Part shown: positions 27,019 to 40,700 of the stretch, piece after piece | Layout: the number at the start of each line of letters is the position of its first letter | How positions within the stretch are numbered: the stretch's first letter is position 1 | Source of the DNA: Mustelus asterias | Taxonomy: Eukaryota | NCBI RefSeq assembly: GCF_964213995.1 | Contig: NC_135821.1 | Coordinates: 77,562,001-77,626,000, forward strand | Reading direction: 5' to 3' | DNA: 64,000 nucleotides | Position numbers and translations under genes: made by a program | The notes under the pieces: model-generated | What the model was told of the DNA's origin: nothing | The model's database searches: none | What the model saw: the letters and a program-made list of their open reading frames with translations, nothing else

Positions 27019-27247
27019 TTTTTTTATTTACTTATTAGTCACAAGTAGGCTTACATTAACACTGCAATGAAGTTACTGTGAACATCCCCTCGTCGCCACA
27101 CTCTGGCGCTTGTTGGGGTACACAGAGGGGGAATTTAGCATGGCCAATGCACCTAACCAGCATGTCTTTCAGGCTGTGGGAGGAAACCACACCACCCAGA
27201 GGAAACCCACACAGACACAGAGAAAACGTGCAAACTCCACACACAGT
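27019..27247 (-). mobile_element. V-SINE with an alternative (non-CR1) tail, head lost
   Basis: V core ggaaacccacacagacacagagaaaacgtgcaaactccacac joined to ttattagtcacaagtaggcttacattaacactgcaatgaagttactgtg. Confidence 0.8.
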
Positions 27248-27772
27248 TTCAGGGTTTTAGATATCTGGACCATTGGGATCTCTTCCGGGGCAGGTGGGAC
27301 CTGTACAAGAAGGACAGGTTGCATTTAAACTGGAAGGGCATAAATATTCTGGCCGGGAGGTTTGCTAGTGTCACACAGCAGGATTTAAACTAGTTTGGCA
27401 GGGGGGTGGGAATCAAAGCAAAGGTGAATTAACTGAAGGGGAACTAGAGAGTAGGGCCAGTCAGACTCGGAGAAAGAGCAAGCAGGGTGTGGTTGCTGAT
27501 CAAAGAGGGTCTGGTGGACTGAAGTGCATTTATTTCAATGCAAGAAGTGTAACAGGTAAAGCAGATGAACTTACAGCTTGGAACTATGATGTTGTTGCTA
27601 TTACAGGGACTTGGTTATGGGAAGGAGGTGGTATTGGGGTTCTTGAGAAACATTAAGGTAGCCAAGTCCCCAGGGTCTGATGGGATATACCCCAGAATAC
27701 TGAGAGGGGCAAGAGAGGAAATTGCTGGGGCCTTGAGAAATCTTTGTATCCTCACTGGCTACAAGGGAGGTC

Positions 27773-27926
27773 ATGATGTGGAGATGCCGGCGTTGGACTA
27801 GAGTAAACACAGTAAGAAGTTTAACAACACCAGGTTACCTGAAGAAGGGCCTTGGGGCTCCGAAAGCTTGTGTGGCTTTTGCTACCAAATAAACCTGTTG
27901 GACTTTACTGGTGTTGTTAAACTTCT
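27773..27926. mobile_element. Young PLE-terminus fold-back insertion with a 13-bp TSD
   Basis: TSD taca[a/g]gggaggtc at 27760-27772 and 27927-27939; inversion junction caggt-t-acctg at about 27831-27841. Confidence 0.9.
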
Positions 27927-28091
27927 TACAGGGGAGGTCCCAGAGGATTGGAGGTTGTTCCTTTGTTTAAGAAGGGTAGCAAGGATAATCCAGATAAATA
28001 CAGGCTGGTGAGCCTTATGTCAATGGTAGGGAAATTATTGGAGCGGATTCTTCGAGACAGGATTTACTCCCACGTGGAAATAACCGGAAGT

Positions 28092-28447
28092 CATAGAATC
28101 ATAGAAATCATAGAAACCCTACAGTGCAGAAAGAGGCCATTTTGGCCCATCGAGTCTGCACCGACCACAATCCCACCCAGGCCCTACCCCCATATCCCTA
28201 CATATTTACCCGCTAATCCCTCTAACCTACGCATTTCAGGACCCTAAGGGGCAATTTTTAGCATGGCCAATCAACCGAACCCGCACATCTTTGGACTGTG
28301 GGAGCACCAGAGCACCTGGAGAAAACCCACGCAGACACGAGGAGAATGTGCAAACTCCACACAGACAGTGACCCAAGCCGGGAATCGAACCCAGGTCCCT
28401 GGAGCTGTGAAGCAGCAGTGCTAACCACTGTGCTACCGTGCCGCCCT
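28092..28447 (-). mobile_element. HE1-type V-SINE, full length, young
   Basis: Near-identical reverse complement of 63252-63596; (TTCTATGA)n-type tail; about 40 bp of host CR1 is missing at the site compared with 61890-61970. Confidence 0.92.
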
Positions 28448-29676
28448 CACTAACTTGATTGAGTTTTTCGAGGAAGTGACAAAGATGATTGATGAGGGTA
28501 GGGCAGTGGATGTTGTCTACATGGACTTCAGTAAGATCTTTGACAAGGCAGACTGGTGCAGAAGGTGAAGTCGCATGGGATCAGAGGTGAGCTGGCAAGG
28601 TGGATACAGAACAGGCTCGGTCATAGAAGACAGAGCGTAGCAGTGGAAGGGTGCATTTCTGAATGGAGGGCTGTGACAAGTGGCGTTCCTCAAGGATCAG
28701 TGCTGGGACCTTTGCTAAAAATGATTTGGAGGAAAATGTAACTGGCTTGATTAGTAAGTTTGTGGATGACACAAACATTGGTGGATTTGTGGATAGCGAT
28801 GAGGGCCATCAGAGGATACAGCAGGATATAGATCAGTTGGAGACTTGGACAGAGGGATGGCAGATGGAGTTTAATCTGGACAAATGTGAGATAATGCATT
28901 TTGGAAGGTCTAATACAGATAGGAAATATACAGTAAATGGCAGAACCCTTACGAGTTTTGATAGGCAGAGGGATCAGGGTGTACAGGTACACAAGTCACT
29001 GAAAGTGGCAACACAAATGGAGAAGTTAGTCAAGGTGGCATACGGCATGCTTGCCTTCATCGGCCAAGGCATTGAGTTTAAAAATTGGCAAGTCATGTTG
29101 CAGCTTTATAGAACCTTAGTTAGGCCGCACTTGGAATATAGTGTTTAATTCTGGTTGCCACACTACCAGATGGATGTGGAGGCTTTGGAGAAGGTACAGA
29201 AAAGATTTACCAGGATGTTGCCTGGTATGGAGGGCATTAGCTATGAGGAGAGTTTGGAGAAACTTGGTTTGTTCTCACTGGAACGACGGAGGTCGAGGGG
29301 CAACCTGACAGAAGTCTACCAGATTATGAGGGGCATGGACGAATGGACAGTCAGAAGCTTTTTCCCAGGGTGGAAGAGTCAATTACTAGGTGGCACAGGT
29401 TTAAGGTGCGAGGGGCAAGGTTTAAAGGAGATGTACGAGGCAAGTTTTTTGTTTTACACAGAGGGTGGCGGGTGCCTGGAACTCACAGCTGGGGGAGGTA
29501 GTGGAAGCAGATACAGTAGTGACTTTTAAGGGGCGTCTTGACAAATACATGAATAGGATGGGAATAGAGGGATGTGGTTCCCGGAACGGTAGGGGGTTTT
29601 AGTTCAGTCGGGCTGCATGATCGGTGCAGACTTGGAGGGCTGAAGGGCCTGTTCCTGTGCTGTAATTTTCTTTGTG

Positions 29677-29752
29677 ACTCATGCCAGGAATCGAACCCGG
29701 ATCCCTGGTGCTGTGAAACAACAGTGTTAACCACTGTGCCACCATGCCGCCC
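29677..29752 (-). mobile_element. V-SINE tRNA-like head fragment
   Basis: Reverse strand gggcggcatggtggcacagtggttaacactgttg...gggttcgattcc. Confidence 0.75.
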
Positions 29753-30364
29753 AAACTTGCAATGTCATGACACTATTTACTATGGGAAAAGTTAATAGGA
29801 AAAAAAGTAATTGCAAAATATTGTTCTGAAATAAGAATAAAATATCAGTTCAGATTTTTATTTTGTGCTGGGAAATCCAGACACCAATTGATCATTCCTA
29901 GGCCCATTAATTTCTTACCTCCCCATCAATGTTTCCTTCCACCCAGGTTTCATCTTGGGATCTTTCAATGTGTTTAAGACAGTAGTATTTAAATACAAGT
30001 TGTTTTTGTTGCATTAGCTAATCACCAGTTCTTGATTTATCCCATCATCTGTTGCTCTCAACTTGGTGTAATGTAGTGTGGACCCCTAACCCTTCAATTA
30101 CATTACTCAACAAAATATACCCAAGGCAAGGGAAATATGGCATCTGCTGCAGGATGCAAGGAAACCATAAGATGATTAATTTGAATAGAGTGAAGTTCCC
30201 ATTCATAAACCAAATCAAGTTTTAACACTTTCTCTTTGGGTGAGCAAAATGCTGAACCATGTAACAGAAGGCATGGACATTTTTCAACACTTTAATTGAC
30301 AACTGAATACCACAAGTGGGACCATTTTCACTGAGAAATCAGCCCGCAGTGGAGTCAGCTGGCA

Positions 30365-30700
30365 TAGGAAGATTTCACAGGAGAGTGACCAGATAAAACT
30401 TAGCACTGAGCCACAAAAAGCAACATTAGGACCAAAACAGGTATGTTTTAAGGAGCACCATAAAGGAGGGAAGCGAGGTAGAGAGGTGGAGAGGCTTAGA
30501 GACGAAATTCCAGACCTTGGAGTCTCAGTGGCTGAAAGTGCAAGGGTCCCTGACGGAAACATTGCAGTGTAGGGGAGGCCAGAATTGCAGGGATCGATGC
30601 TCTTGTTGGGTTATAGGACTGAAGGAGGTTACACAGATAGGGAAGCCCCCTCCCATGGAAGTATATTAAAATGAGGATGAGAATTTTGAAATCGAGCCAC
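30365..30700 (-). mobile_element. L2 LINE 3' fragment
   Basis: Reverse-complement match to 17150-17400 (aaattccagacc, gctgaaag, ccagaattg). Confidence 0.65.
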
Positions 30701-33700
30701 AGTTTATTCCAATGGATCCATTTTTAAAGGTTGTACAATTCTTATTTACACTTTGTCAATTTATATGGCTTAACTGCGGTTGTCTATGCACATGTCAATT
30801 TCCAAACTCGCCGACATTCTGCAAGAAGTTCAAATAGATATGCATACACATTAAACACATGGCTGGTAAACTTGCATCATAGTCTATTGGCAAGTTTGAT
30901 CATTTTCCCCTTCACACAATTGCTCCCCTGGATGCCACCCAGGAGAGATTGGATTTATCAAGTCTGGAAATGACAAATACATGGATGAGGGTTTTGACAG
31001 TTAATAGGCCAAAGCAGGAAGGTGATTGTTACTACTACTGCTAAAATAGGAACACAGCTCTGAAATATGACATGGGAGGCTGTGGCATAGTGGTAATTTA
31101 ATTGGACTAGTAGTCCAGAGGCTGTGGCTAACATCGTATGAGTTCTAATCTGTGAAAGTTAAATCTAATCAATGAATCTGAAATTAAAAGCTGGTCCAAT
31201 GGTGACCATGAAACCATCACCGATTGTTGCAAAACCCTTCTGGTTCACTGATGCACTTTAGGGAAGGAAATCTGCCATTCTTACCTGGTCTGGCCGACAT
31301 ACGACTCCAGACCTACAACAATGTGGTTGAATCTTAAGTGGCCCCTGAAATGGCCAATCAAGCCTTCAGTTGTATCAAACTGCTACAAAGTCTGCAAAAA
31401 GGAATGAAATCGGACAGACCACGCAGCATCGACCTAGGTACTGGAAATGACAACAGCGCACACAATCCTGTCAACCCTGCAAAACCTGGAGCCTTGTGCC
31501 AAAACTGGGAGAGTTATAGCACAGACAAGACAAGAAACAGTATGACATAATAATACTCATGGAATCATACCTTATGCCCCAGACATCACCACCAACATCC
31601 CATTGACAGGACAGACCAACCAGAGGTGGCAGCAAAGCATTATACAGTGGGGGTGGGAGTTGCCATAAGTGCCCTCAACATTGACCCAGGACCCCATGAA
31701 ATCTTATGGTATCAAGTCAAACACGGGCAAGAAAACCTCCTGCTGGTTATCACTTACTGTCTCTGCACCCTCCACTCAGCTGATGAATCAGTACTCCTCC
31801 ATGTTGAACACTACTTGAAAGAAACACTGAAGGTGGCGAGAACATAGAATGTACATTGGGTGGGGAACTTCAATGTCCATCACCAAGGGAGGCTCAATAG
31901 TACCACTACTGACTGAGCTGGCTCAGTGTTAAAGAATATAGATGGGTCTTCAGCAGGTGGCGAGGGAGCAACAAGAGAGGAAATCCCACTCAACCTCGGC
32001 TTCATCAATCTACCTGTTGCAGATGCATCTGTCCATGACAATATTGGTAGGACTGACCACCACACAAACTTTGTGGAGATGAAGTCCTGGCTTCACAATG
32101 AGGACACCCTTCATCACTGAATCGTATAGTGTGGCACTACCACCTTGCTAAATGGATAGATTTCAAATAGATCTTTCAACTCAAGACTGGGCAACCATGA
32201 GGCGCTATGAGCCATAGCAGAATTGAATACAACCACAACCTGCAACCCCATGGCCTGGCGTATCCCCCACTCTATCATTATCAAGCTGGAGGAACAACGC
32301 TGATTCAGTGAAGAATGCAGAATGGCATGCCAGGCGCAAAACCAGGCAGATCTAAAAATGGAGTGTTAACCCGGTGAAGTTACAACACTTGCGTGCGAAA
32401 CTCTGGAAGCAGCATTTGATAGACACAGCTAAGCAATTCCATAACCAATGGGCCAGATCTAAGCTTTGCAGTACGAGCATATCCAGTCATAAAATAATGG
32501 TGAACAATGAAACACTTAACTGAAGGAGGAGGTGCTGCAAATATCCCCACCTTTGATGTGCAAAAGACAAAGATGAAAGATTTGCAGCCATCTTCAGCTC
32601 GAAGTGCTACATGGATGATCCATCCTGGTCTCTTTCTGAGATCCCCCACGTCACAGATGACAGTCTTCAGCCAATTTGATTCACTCCACTTGATGTCAAA
32701 GAACAGCTGAAGGCTATGGGCCCCAACTACATTCTGACAATAGAACTAAAGTCCTATGCTCCAGAACGAGCCATTCCCTTAGCTATCTACCTGGCAATGT
32801 AGAAAATTACCCAGGTATGCCCTGTCCACAAAAAGCAAGACAAATCCAACTGACCAATTACCACCCCATCAGTCTACTCTCGATCTTTGGCAAAGTGATG
32901 GAAGGTGTCAACTACAATATTATCAAGTGGCACTTACTCAGCAATAACCTGCTCACTGAAGCAGAGTTCGAGTTCAGCCAGGGCCACTCAGCCCCTGATC
33001 TCAGCTTAGGTCCAAACTTGGACAAAAGAGCTGAATGCAAGAGGTAAGGTGAGAATGACTGCTCTTAATATCAAGGCAGCATTTGATCAAGTGTAGCATC
33101 AAGGTGCTCTAGCAAAACTGAAGTCAATGGGAACTGGGGTCAGGACGGTGCAGAAACTTTCCAATGGTTATAAAGTCATACTTTGTACAAAAGAAGATGG
33201 CTGTGGTTTTTAGAGGTCAATTATCTGAGTCCCAAAACAAGAGTTCCTTCAGGTAGTGTCCTCGGCATAACCATCTTCAAGTATTTTGTCAATGACATTC
33301 CCTCCATCAAAAAGGTCAGAAGTGAGGATTTTTGCAGGTAATTGCAAAATATTCAGTCAGCATCATTCACTACTCCTCAGATGTTGAAGCAGTCTGTGTC
33401 CACGTGCAGCAAGATTTGGACAACATTCGGGCTCGGGCTGACAAGTGGCAAGTAGCATTTGCACCAGATAAATGTCAGGCAATGACACAATGAACAAGAA
33501 AGAATCTAACCCTCACCCCTTGACATCCGATGGCATTATCATTGCCGAATCCCCATCAACATCCTGGGGGTTACCATATGTTAACATATATACATGGATA
33601 GAAAGCTTAAGGACATCATCACTGCAGAGCAGCTGGTGTGCAGCAGCAGTTCCTTCTAACTGACATAGCACTCAGCCTGGCAGCGAGTTGACATACTGGT

Positions 33701-33814
33701 CAGACATAATGAACAGTCTCAGATCATGCAACATGGCATGGGTCAATCCTTGACATCCTGGTCAGATTGCATCTGAGAGTGTAGAAACCACAATGTGCTG
33801 ACCTCAGAAGATAA

Positions 33815-33970
33815 ATGCAAAAATCTTACAGTCGCGCTGATGGCACACCCCTGCCATGGGTTTCCCAGTGGTGAACGGTGTGTTCAATAGGAAATCCCGT
33901 TGACAATAAAGTCCCGTTACCAACAACACTCGGCCTCCTGCCGCAGAGAGGGAGAAAAATCCTGCCCATA
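33815..33970. mobile_element. MITE-like element
   Basis: Ends gagaaaaatcctgccca, the reverse complement of the gggcaggatt terminus at 5887. Confidence 0.45.
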
Positions 33971-35051
33971 GTGCAGAGATAATGCTCAAATAAAAAGTTG
34001 GTAAGCAGACGGATCCCTGACGGTGAGTTTGCAGCACATAATGAGTCAGTTCAGTGAATGGGACAGCGCATCGAGAGGTCCAGCACCGGACCGGGTTAGC
34101 TCAATAAGGCAAGGCAAGTGGCCAGGGTGGGGCCGGATCAAGAGTGAGTGAATGTCAGTCAAACAAAAGAAAAACAGAACAACCATCATAAGAACTGGGC
34201 CACAGAAGGTTGTGATCATTGGTGGCTTCAGGACTTGCTGAACAACAAACTGAATGAAACAAGGAGGAAGATCAAAGGGATATTTTCAAAATTCAAAAAT
34301 TCCCCAAGTTAAATTGGGATGCAACTGACCTACTATCAGAGTTCAAAATGTTTAAAGAGCATGCAGAGCTTTTGTTTCTTGATCCACGTGTTTGAACCAG
34401 AACAGCAAGCCATAGAAATTTGACTAGTGTTTGGGAATGAGGGTCTGCAAAAGCTGAACATGTCAAGATTGACATAAAAAGAGCAGCTACCAGATCCCCA
34501 AAAGATGGACTACATTGGAAGACCGGTTCAGAATCAGGTTAAACTTTCGCTTTCATGTCATTTTGTCAACAGCTGACAGAATCAACAGGCCAATTTGTTA
34601 GCAGATGTAAAGAAAGGAGTACATCATGTATTTTTTCAGATGAAGAGCTGGCAAACAAAAAGTTGGTGCTTCCCAAGATCTTCTAGACAAGCCCAAAATG
34701 CATAGCATTAAACAACTACTCAAAGATCAACATATGTATGAAGCAATATTAGCAGGTCGATGAATCTTACAAGTCCTGAGTACAACCCCAATTGTTGACG
34801 CTTTTACTAGAACATTAGAACCTAGCAAGACATGTAGAAAGTGACCGTCTGAGTGGACTAAGGAAATGCCCAGCTTTCCATCAATTCTGCAAAGCATGTG
34901 GGAGAAAGGGCCATTGACAGCAGCACTGCACTAGCTCAAAGGCTGATGCAGCTACAAAGAGCTATGCATTGATCCAAATGGACCAGACACAACAGCTACG
35001 CTCAAGCAATAAGAATGACTGTCTGGTATCCCATCTGAAACATATCCATCA

Positions 35052-35350
35052 TTTATTTATTTTTCAATTTTATTTATTAGTCACAAGGAGGTTGACATCC
35101 ACACTGTAATGAAGTTACTGTGAAAATCCCCTAGTTGCCACACTCCGGCGTCTGTTAGGGTACACTAAGGGAGAATTTAGCATGGCCAATGCACCTAACC
35201 AGCACATCTTTCAGACTGTGGGAGGAAACTGAAGCACCCGAAGGAAACCCACGCAGACATGGAGGAGAACGTGCAAACTCCACACAGACAGTGACCCAAG
35301 CTGGGAATCGAACTCAGGCTGGCACTGTGAGGCAGCAGTGCTAACCACTC
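35052..35350 (-). mobile_element. V-SINE with the alternative tail, inserted in the Gypsy relic
   Basis: Same tail as 27019-27247 plus V core and partial head (gcagtgctaaccact). Confidence 0.85.
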
Positions 35351-37131
35351 AGGTCACCGAAAAACCAGAAAATGATGATGACAAAGAGACGAACAGCAAA
35401 GACATATTACACACCCAATCTCGTGGAAAACAAGGTGTCATCGCACCATCCAAAGTGTTTGCTAAGATTCAAATTATCTGCCCTAAGTTAGTTGTTGGTT
35501 ACTCATTATTAGCCAAGATTGACACGGGGCAAGTGACAACATACTAGCCCTGCAAATTCTAAAAGACATGAATCCACAGATGTGGAAAGCCATGGCAAAA
35601 CCTACTACTGCACAATTTTCAGCTTACAATGATTCACTAATTCCATATATTCCTGGAGTGCAAATATAAACAATCCTCCTGGGTATCACAGATGTTCCAT
35701 GTCATCGAGACTAAAGGCCCAGCAATTGTAGGTCTACCAGTATGCCGTGAACTCATACTAGCGATAATCCAAGGAATTCGTAAGACCTCATATAGCATAT
35801 CCCACCATATTATGATGTAAAATACACCAACTGTTCATAAGGGATTGTGCAAACACATTGTGGGTTCACTTATTAATTCTAGGCCCATGTGAACACATAT
35901 GGAGAGAAAGCTTGAGGACTTCAGAACTGCAGGGTTGAGTCTGCTGTGTTCTGTTACAGCCAGAAGTGAAACGAAGGCTGGATCATATGACACACTTCCC
36001 TTAAAGTGATGTCATGCTGCTATCCCTTAAAGACATATTACAACCACTACCTGTAATCTCCTCCAATTCTCACACCATCCTGACATGGAACTATATCGCC
36101 ATTGTTTCACTGTTGGTGGGTCAAAATCCTGGAACCTACTTGCTAACGACACTGTGGGTGTTCCTAAAATACATGGACGGCAGTGGTTCAAGAAGGCAGC
36201 ATATCAACTCCTGAAGGGTAATTAGGGATGGATGGGTAATGAATGCCGGCCTAGCCAGTTATGCCCACATCCCTTGAATTTAAAAAATGCCACTTTGATG
36301 CAGTAGCAAATGACTTAGTTTTTTGAAAGCCGAATCACTGAACCTCTTACCACTTTGGACATTACAATATTCTTTCATGGGACTCATCTCCTGAAAGAAT
36401 TCTAAAAATTTGGTTCAATTCATATCTGATTAATTGATGGTTCTGTGATTACTCTTCAAGTGGCTCAATAGTATACATCATCTATGAGTCATCTGTATTT
36501 TCTGAGTGGAATGTCTGTGGAATCAGTTTTAATAATATTATGTAACATTTTTGTCAAACGTTATTTGAGAAACAAAGTAACAGTGAATAACAGAATATTG
36601 TAATTTCACAGAGGTCTTGTGTCTGAATCAAGTACAGATTGATTAACATCCCTTTGTCTGCTAGCTAAAGGCTCCTAAGTACTCTGAGGTTGTGTAGTCC
36701 AAACCCAATCCTTAATAAATAGAAACTTACAGCAGGAAAATTGCTAATAACTCGCTACAATTTGGCAATTTTACTTTTGAAAGAAAAGACAAGTATTTGA
36801 TATGGGAAGTGAAAGGTCACACTAATACAATAGGGGGGGGCTCCTAGGTGGGGAATTCAGAAAGAGAAAGCATGAAATAAGCAAAGCTATTTAAGCCTAT
36901 TATGCCGTGGTTTCTTCAACAGATGATATGCAATCTTTGTTACATTGGATGAGGTCCAAACCATCTAAATTGCTTGAGAGATTTAAAATACATTGTTGGA
37001 TAGTGGAGTGGGAACTTCATCTGCTTACAGATCTACAATGCACAATGTAGGTAGGTTTAATGCTATAAACAAGAATGTATCTGACCCACAGCACAAGTAG
37101 ATGCCTGAAATATAACAAATGACATAAAATT

Positions 37132-37711
37132 TGCTGCAGGAAAGAATGCCCTGAGGCGTGGTACGTCGACGAGACCATGCAGACGCTTGGACAGCGGATG
37201 AACGGACACCACGCAACAATCACCACGCAACAATCACCAGGCAGGAGTGTTCTCTTCCTATCGGGGAACACTTCAGCAGTCAAGGGCATTCAGCCTCTGA
37301 TCTTCGGGTAAGCGTTCTCCAAGGCAGCCTTCAAGACGCATGATAACTCAGAATCGCCGAGCAGAAACTGATAGCCAGGTTCCGCACGCGTGAGGAGGGC
37401 CGCAACCAGGATCTTGGGTTGCAAAATCCTACTAACTGTCCTGGCTTGAGATAATTCACACCTCTTTAACCTGTGATCATCCCTCTCTCCACTCGCATTG
37501 TCTGTACTTGTAAAGACTCATATTATAACCATTATCTTGCAATTGCATCTCTGTCTATATATGCCATGTTTGTGAACATAACTCTCCACTCACCTGAGGT
37601 AGGAGCAGCGCTCCGAAAGTTCATGATTCCAAATAAACCTATTGGACTTTAACCTGGTGTTGTGAGACTATTTACTGTGCCCACCCCAGTCCAACGTCAG
37701 CATCTCCACAT
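37132..37711 (+). mobile_element. Penelope-like element (older subfamily), 5'-truncated: decayed GIY-YIG C-terminal half plus pLTR/tail
   Basis: CPEAWYVDET, CSLPIGEHFS; TSD cataaaatt at 37123-37131 and 37712-37720; hammerhead-like ctgaggta...gaaag at 37594-37625. Confidence 0.9.
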
Positions 37712-40700
37712 CATAAAATTCAGGGGTCACCAAAATCTCAAGGTTCACACAATGTGACTAATCATTGAAACTACACTCTCTACTTCTAACTTTATTTGAA
37801 CATTGGAATCATGTCCAATTAGCCCCGTACTATTACCATGTGTATAACTGCGAGATTAACAGTCTGTCCATGCCTCTTTAAAGCAAACTGCCACATGACC
37901 ACAATGCCATGAGATACAAACTTTGAACAATGCAACTAGCATCCTGAATAGAACCTCCTTCCCCAAAAATAACTGGTGGGATCATTTAATTGTGAGAAAT
38001 CCCATTTAGAATGGTAAAAAGACAATGGTAACATGATTGAAATAATAAATGAAATGTTAACAACCATTCTCTAACTACTGCTACACAGTTCAGTTCTGGA
38101 ATATTTGGATACAGACATCTGAATTTTTACATGTGCTTAAAATTATTTTCTTTCCTTTTATTTTTTGATAGAAAGTACATATGTCGATCAAGGATGTAAA
38201 TTGTGGACAATCTCATGGATTCTCAGCAATATTATTAAGTCACTGTTGGACAAAGAGTCAAGGTACCTGTTGAGTATACCCTACTAGAAGCTAATGGTAT
38301 CCTAAGATATACCTTTTTCTTAAAAAAGAAAACCCATCTGGAACAATTTATAACTTGAATTTTGTTTTTAATGGATAATGTGAACTTCTTATGAGATACT
38401 CCATCCTTCCCTATTCCTTTATCTATACAAACATAACACAACTGTTTCAACGACAGATGGTAGTAGTTGTTTTTGGCCAATGGCCTTCCAAATGATTCAA
38501 CACTAAGCTTTGGAGTCACAGTATGCTGAAACTAGTCCTTGCATTTACAATTGGCTGGGGAGGTGCAAATGTGATTCTGCTTAAACCAAGTAAAGCCATT
38601 TTAGCTTAACACAAGAAACATTAGAGGTCCTGGAAGTGAAGAGGCCATTCAGCCCATCAAACCCCTGCATCAAGCACCTTACATCTCCTATTATAACACT
38701 CAGCTACGTTTTGAATGTTGCATACATTCTTTCCAATATACTGAATTTAAATTTATTTTTGACTAATTTATGGGTATTGCAAGAGAGTGAAACCAGGTCA
38801 GAACCACTTCTGAACATGTTGCAAAATACACCAACCACTTTGCAACATTTGCCCAATATGTCATTATGACTCAGGCAACACTTAATATATTTATGACCCC
38901 ATTTGTGGAGGTATGCTACATGAAATACCCAATTTAAACTACTTTTTTCTCATTGTAACCTTCTTTCTCGATAGCTGCCAGGATGCAATAATAAACGAGA
39001 CATCACAGAACATCACAAAATATTGTAATGGAGGCACACCTGAGGCTATCATGAACTTGCAACCAATGCAAGACTGAAATGTGACACTGAAACTCAGCAC
39101 CTTTGTGCCCCTTTTGTGGAACTGCCCAACTGCAGGCCATTTTGAAAAGGATAACAGGCCACCATAAAAGAGCAAGCCTCTTCCAAAACTCTAAAATACA
39201 GACCTGAACACAAAGCCAGACTGCTACTTCAAAAGCTTTTAACAACCCTCTGGATTACTTTAGAAGCATTGGTAAAATAAATCCTATGAATTCTGATGTC
39301 TTGTAGAAATGAAACTGCAAGGTTATCTATGTGGAATTTTGTTTTAACCATTGGAATGTTTTGAAGATTATACTGTTAATTAAATATGTCCTTATAAGAG
39401 CCAACAAAACCCAGGAAGAGTACACAGGGAAATCACCACATCTTGAAGTTGAGCCACTTATCCTTGCTTGTCTGTCTGTTTGTTTTATGAAATGCAGCAT
39501 GTACCAACATACATATTGAATATTATTCATGCCTCTCATTGTCAATGCTCACTGGCAAGCTGAGGCTTAGGTTCACAGGACTCTGAAAATTTAGCTCAAA
39601 GGCTGAATATTTCAACAAGGTTAATTTCACTTAAGTTCAGACACTAGTTATCAAGATTGTTTATTCTACCCCAACCACCGCCCCCAACCTCCAGAAAAAT
39701 AATGGTGCTCTCTAGAATTTGCTTGTGCAGTTTCAAAACTTACGACTGCCAGGTAAAGACTTCAACAATTATGCTGCTCACAATAGATTGCTTAATGTCA
39801 GGAAAAACTTCAAGTTGAATACCTGAGAAACAATTTAATAAATATATAGCAAATCAGTATGGAAAACTTGAATTAGTCATTTTTAGCAGAAAAGCTTATG
39901 ATTTATTGTCAAGCTCTTTCCTCCATATGGAAAGCGTGACACAACCAGCTGCAGTAGCATGGACTGAAGCAATATTGTACAAGACCGAGTAAACTTGCCT
40001 GGACTGAACAGCACATTTTATAAGACGTCACTATAAATTAAAGAAGAACATGGTATGTAGAACCACTTTGTTAACACCCAAGCTTTAAATATAAACAGAG
40101 CACGCATTTCAGAAACCCTCCCCACCTCAAGGACCAGGTTTTTTGGCTTATGGTCTGCAGGAAATTCCTAATGATCTTCATCATGTGTTCAGAAAAAAAA
40201 TCTTTCCTGCCAAGACTACCCTAAAGGACATATGTTGAACATTCTGCACACATTGTATGCTTGCAATCCTTCTGCCTTTCTCAAAAATCCTGTGTCCTCT
40301 GTCCACATCACCCATGTTAGAGAAACTGAGTCCACCGCTGAAGGGCTAAACATGATCGCAAATGGCCATCTCTCAGCAGTTATTATTTTTGTCCAATAAG
40401 CCTTTACATTTTTTATTACACCAGGTTGTTGTTTAACGACATGAATTTCTTCCATATTTGCTGGTTTTCCCTGGCTAAAAGCCAGCCTGCTAGGCTGTCA
40501 GCTTCCTGCTGTGTCTGAATCACGTGGCAGTGAGTGCAACCTAGTAACACCCAAAGTACTTGCTGCTCGATGCTGTTCAGTCATTAGAGACTAACAATTC
40601 TTTTGAATGCTCAGCAATACACAGCACTTGGTGTTCTTCCACTGTGGACAGATGTGAAATGTTCCAACACAACGGTTCCTTAAGAATTTAGATTTGTATG

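Larger units (their letters stand above)
27248..29675 (+). mobile_element. CR1 (subfamily A2): ORF1 end, start of the endonuclease, large internal deletion near 27625, RT and 3' UTR; hosts a PLE and a V-SINE
   Basis: WDLYKKDRLHLN (ORF1 esterase end); CIYFNARS; DVVAITGTWL joined directly to EVVLGFLRNIKV.KSPG; tail ttttctttg. Confidence 0.9.
33579..36040 (+). mobile_element. Gypsy LTR relic (LTR-like ends, gag, protease; rest of pol absent)
   Basis: gag KFPKLNWDATDLLSEFKMFKEHAELLF; knuckle CPAF...CKACGRKGH...HC near 34870; protease AKIDTG near 35515; similar starts tgttaac...atggatagaaagcttaaggac (33579) and tgtgaac...atggagagaaagcttgaggac (35888). Confidence 0.75.
31074..36288 (+). mobile_element. 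Family-B CR1/L2-group LINE, near full length and decayed, with a tRNA-like 5' head; interrupted by a Gypsy relic at 33579-36040
   Basis: Head TGGCATAGTGG/GAGTTCTAATC; endonuclease remnants LVPKLGEL, DIIILMESYL, VGNFNVHH, IGRTDH; RT remnants NYHPISLLSIFGKVMEG, LNIKAAFDQV, GSVLG, FAGN; 3' end 36040-36288 with aattagggatgg...gcccacatcccttgaatttaaaaaa. Confidence 0.8.
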
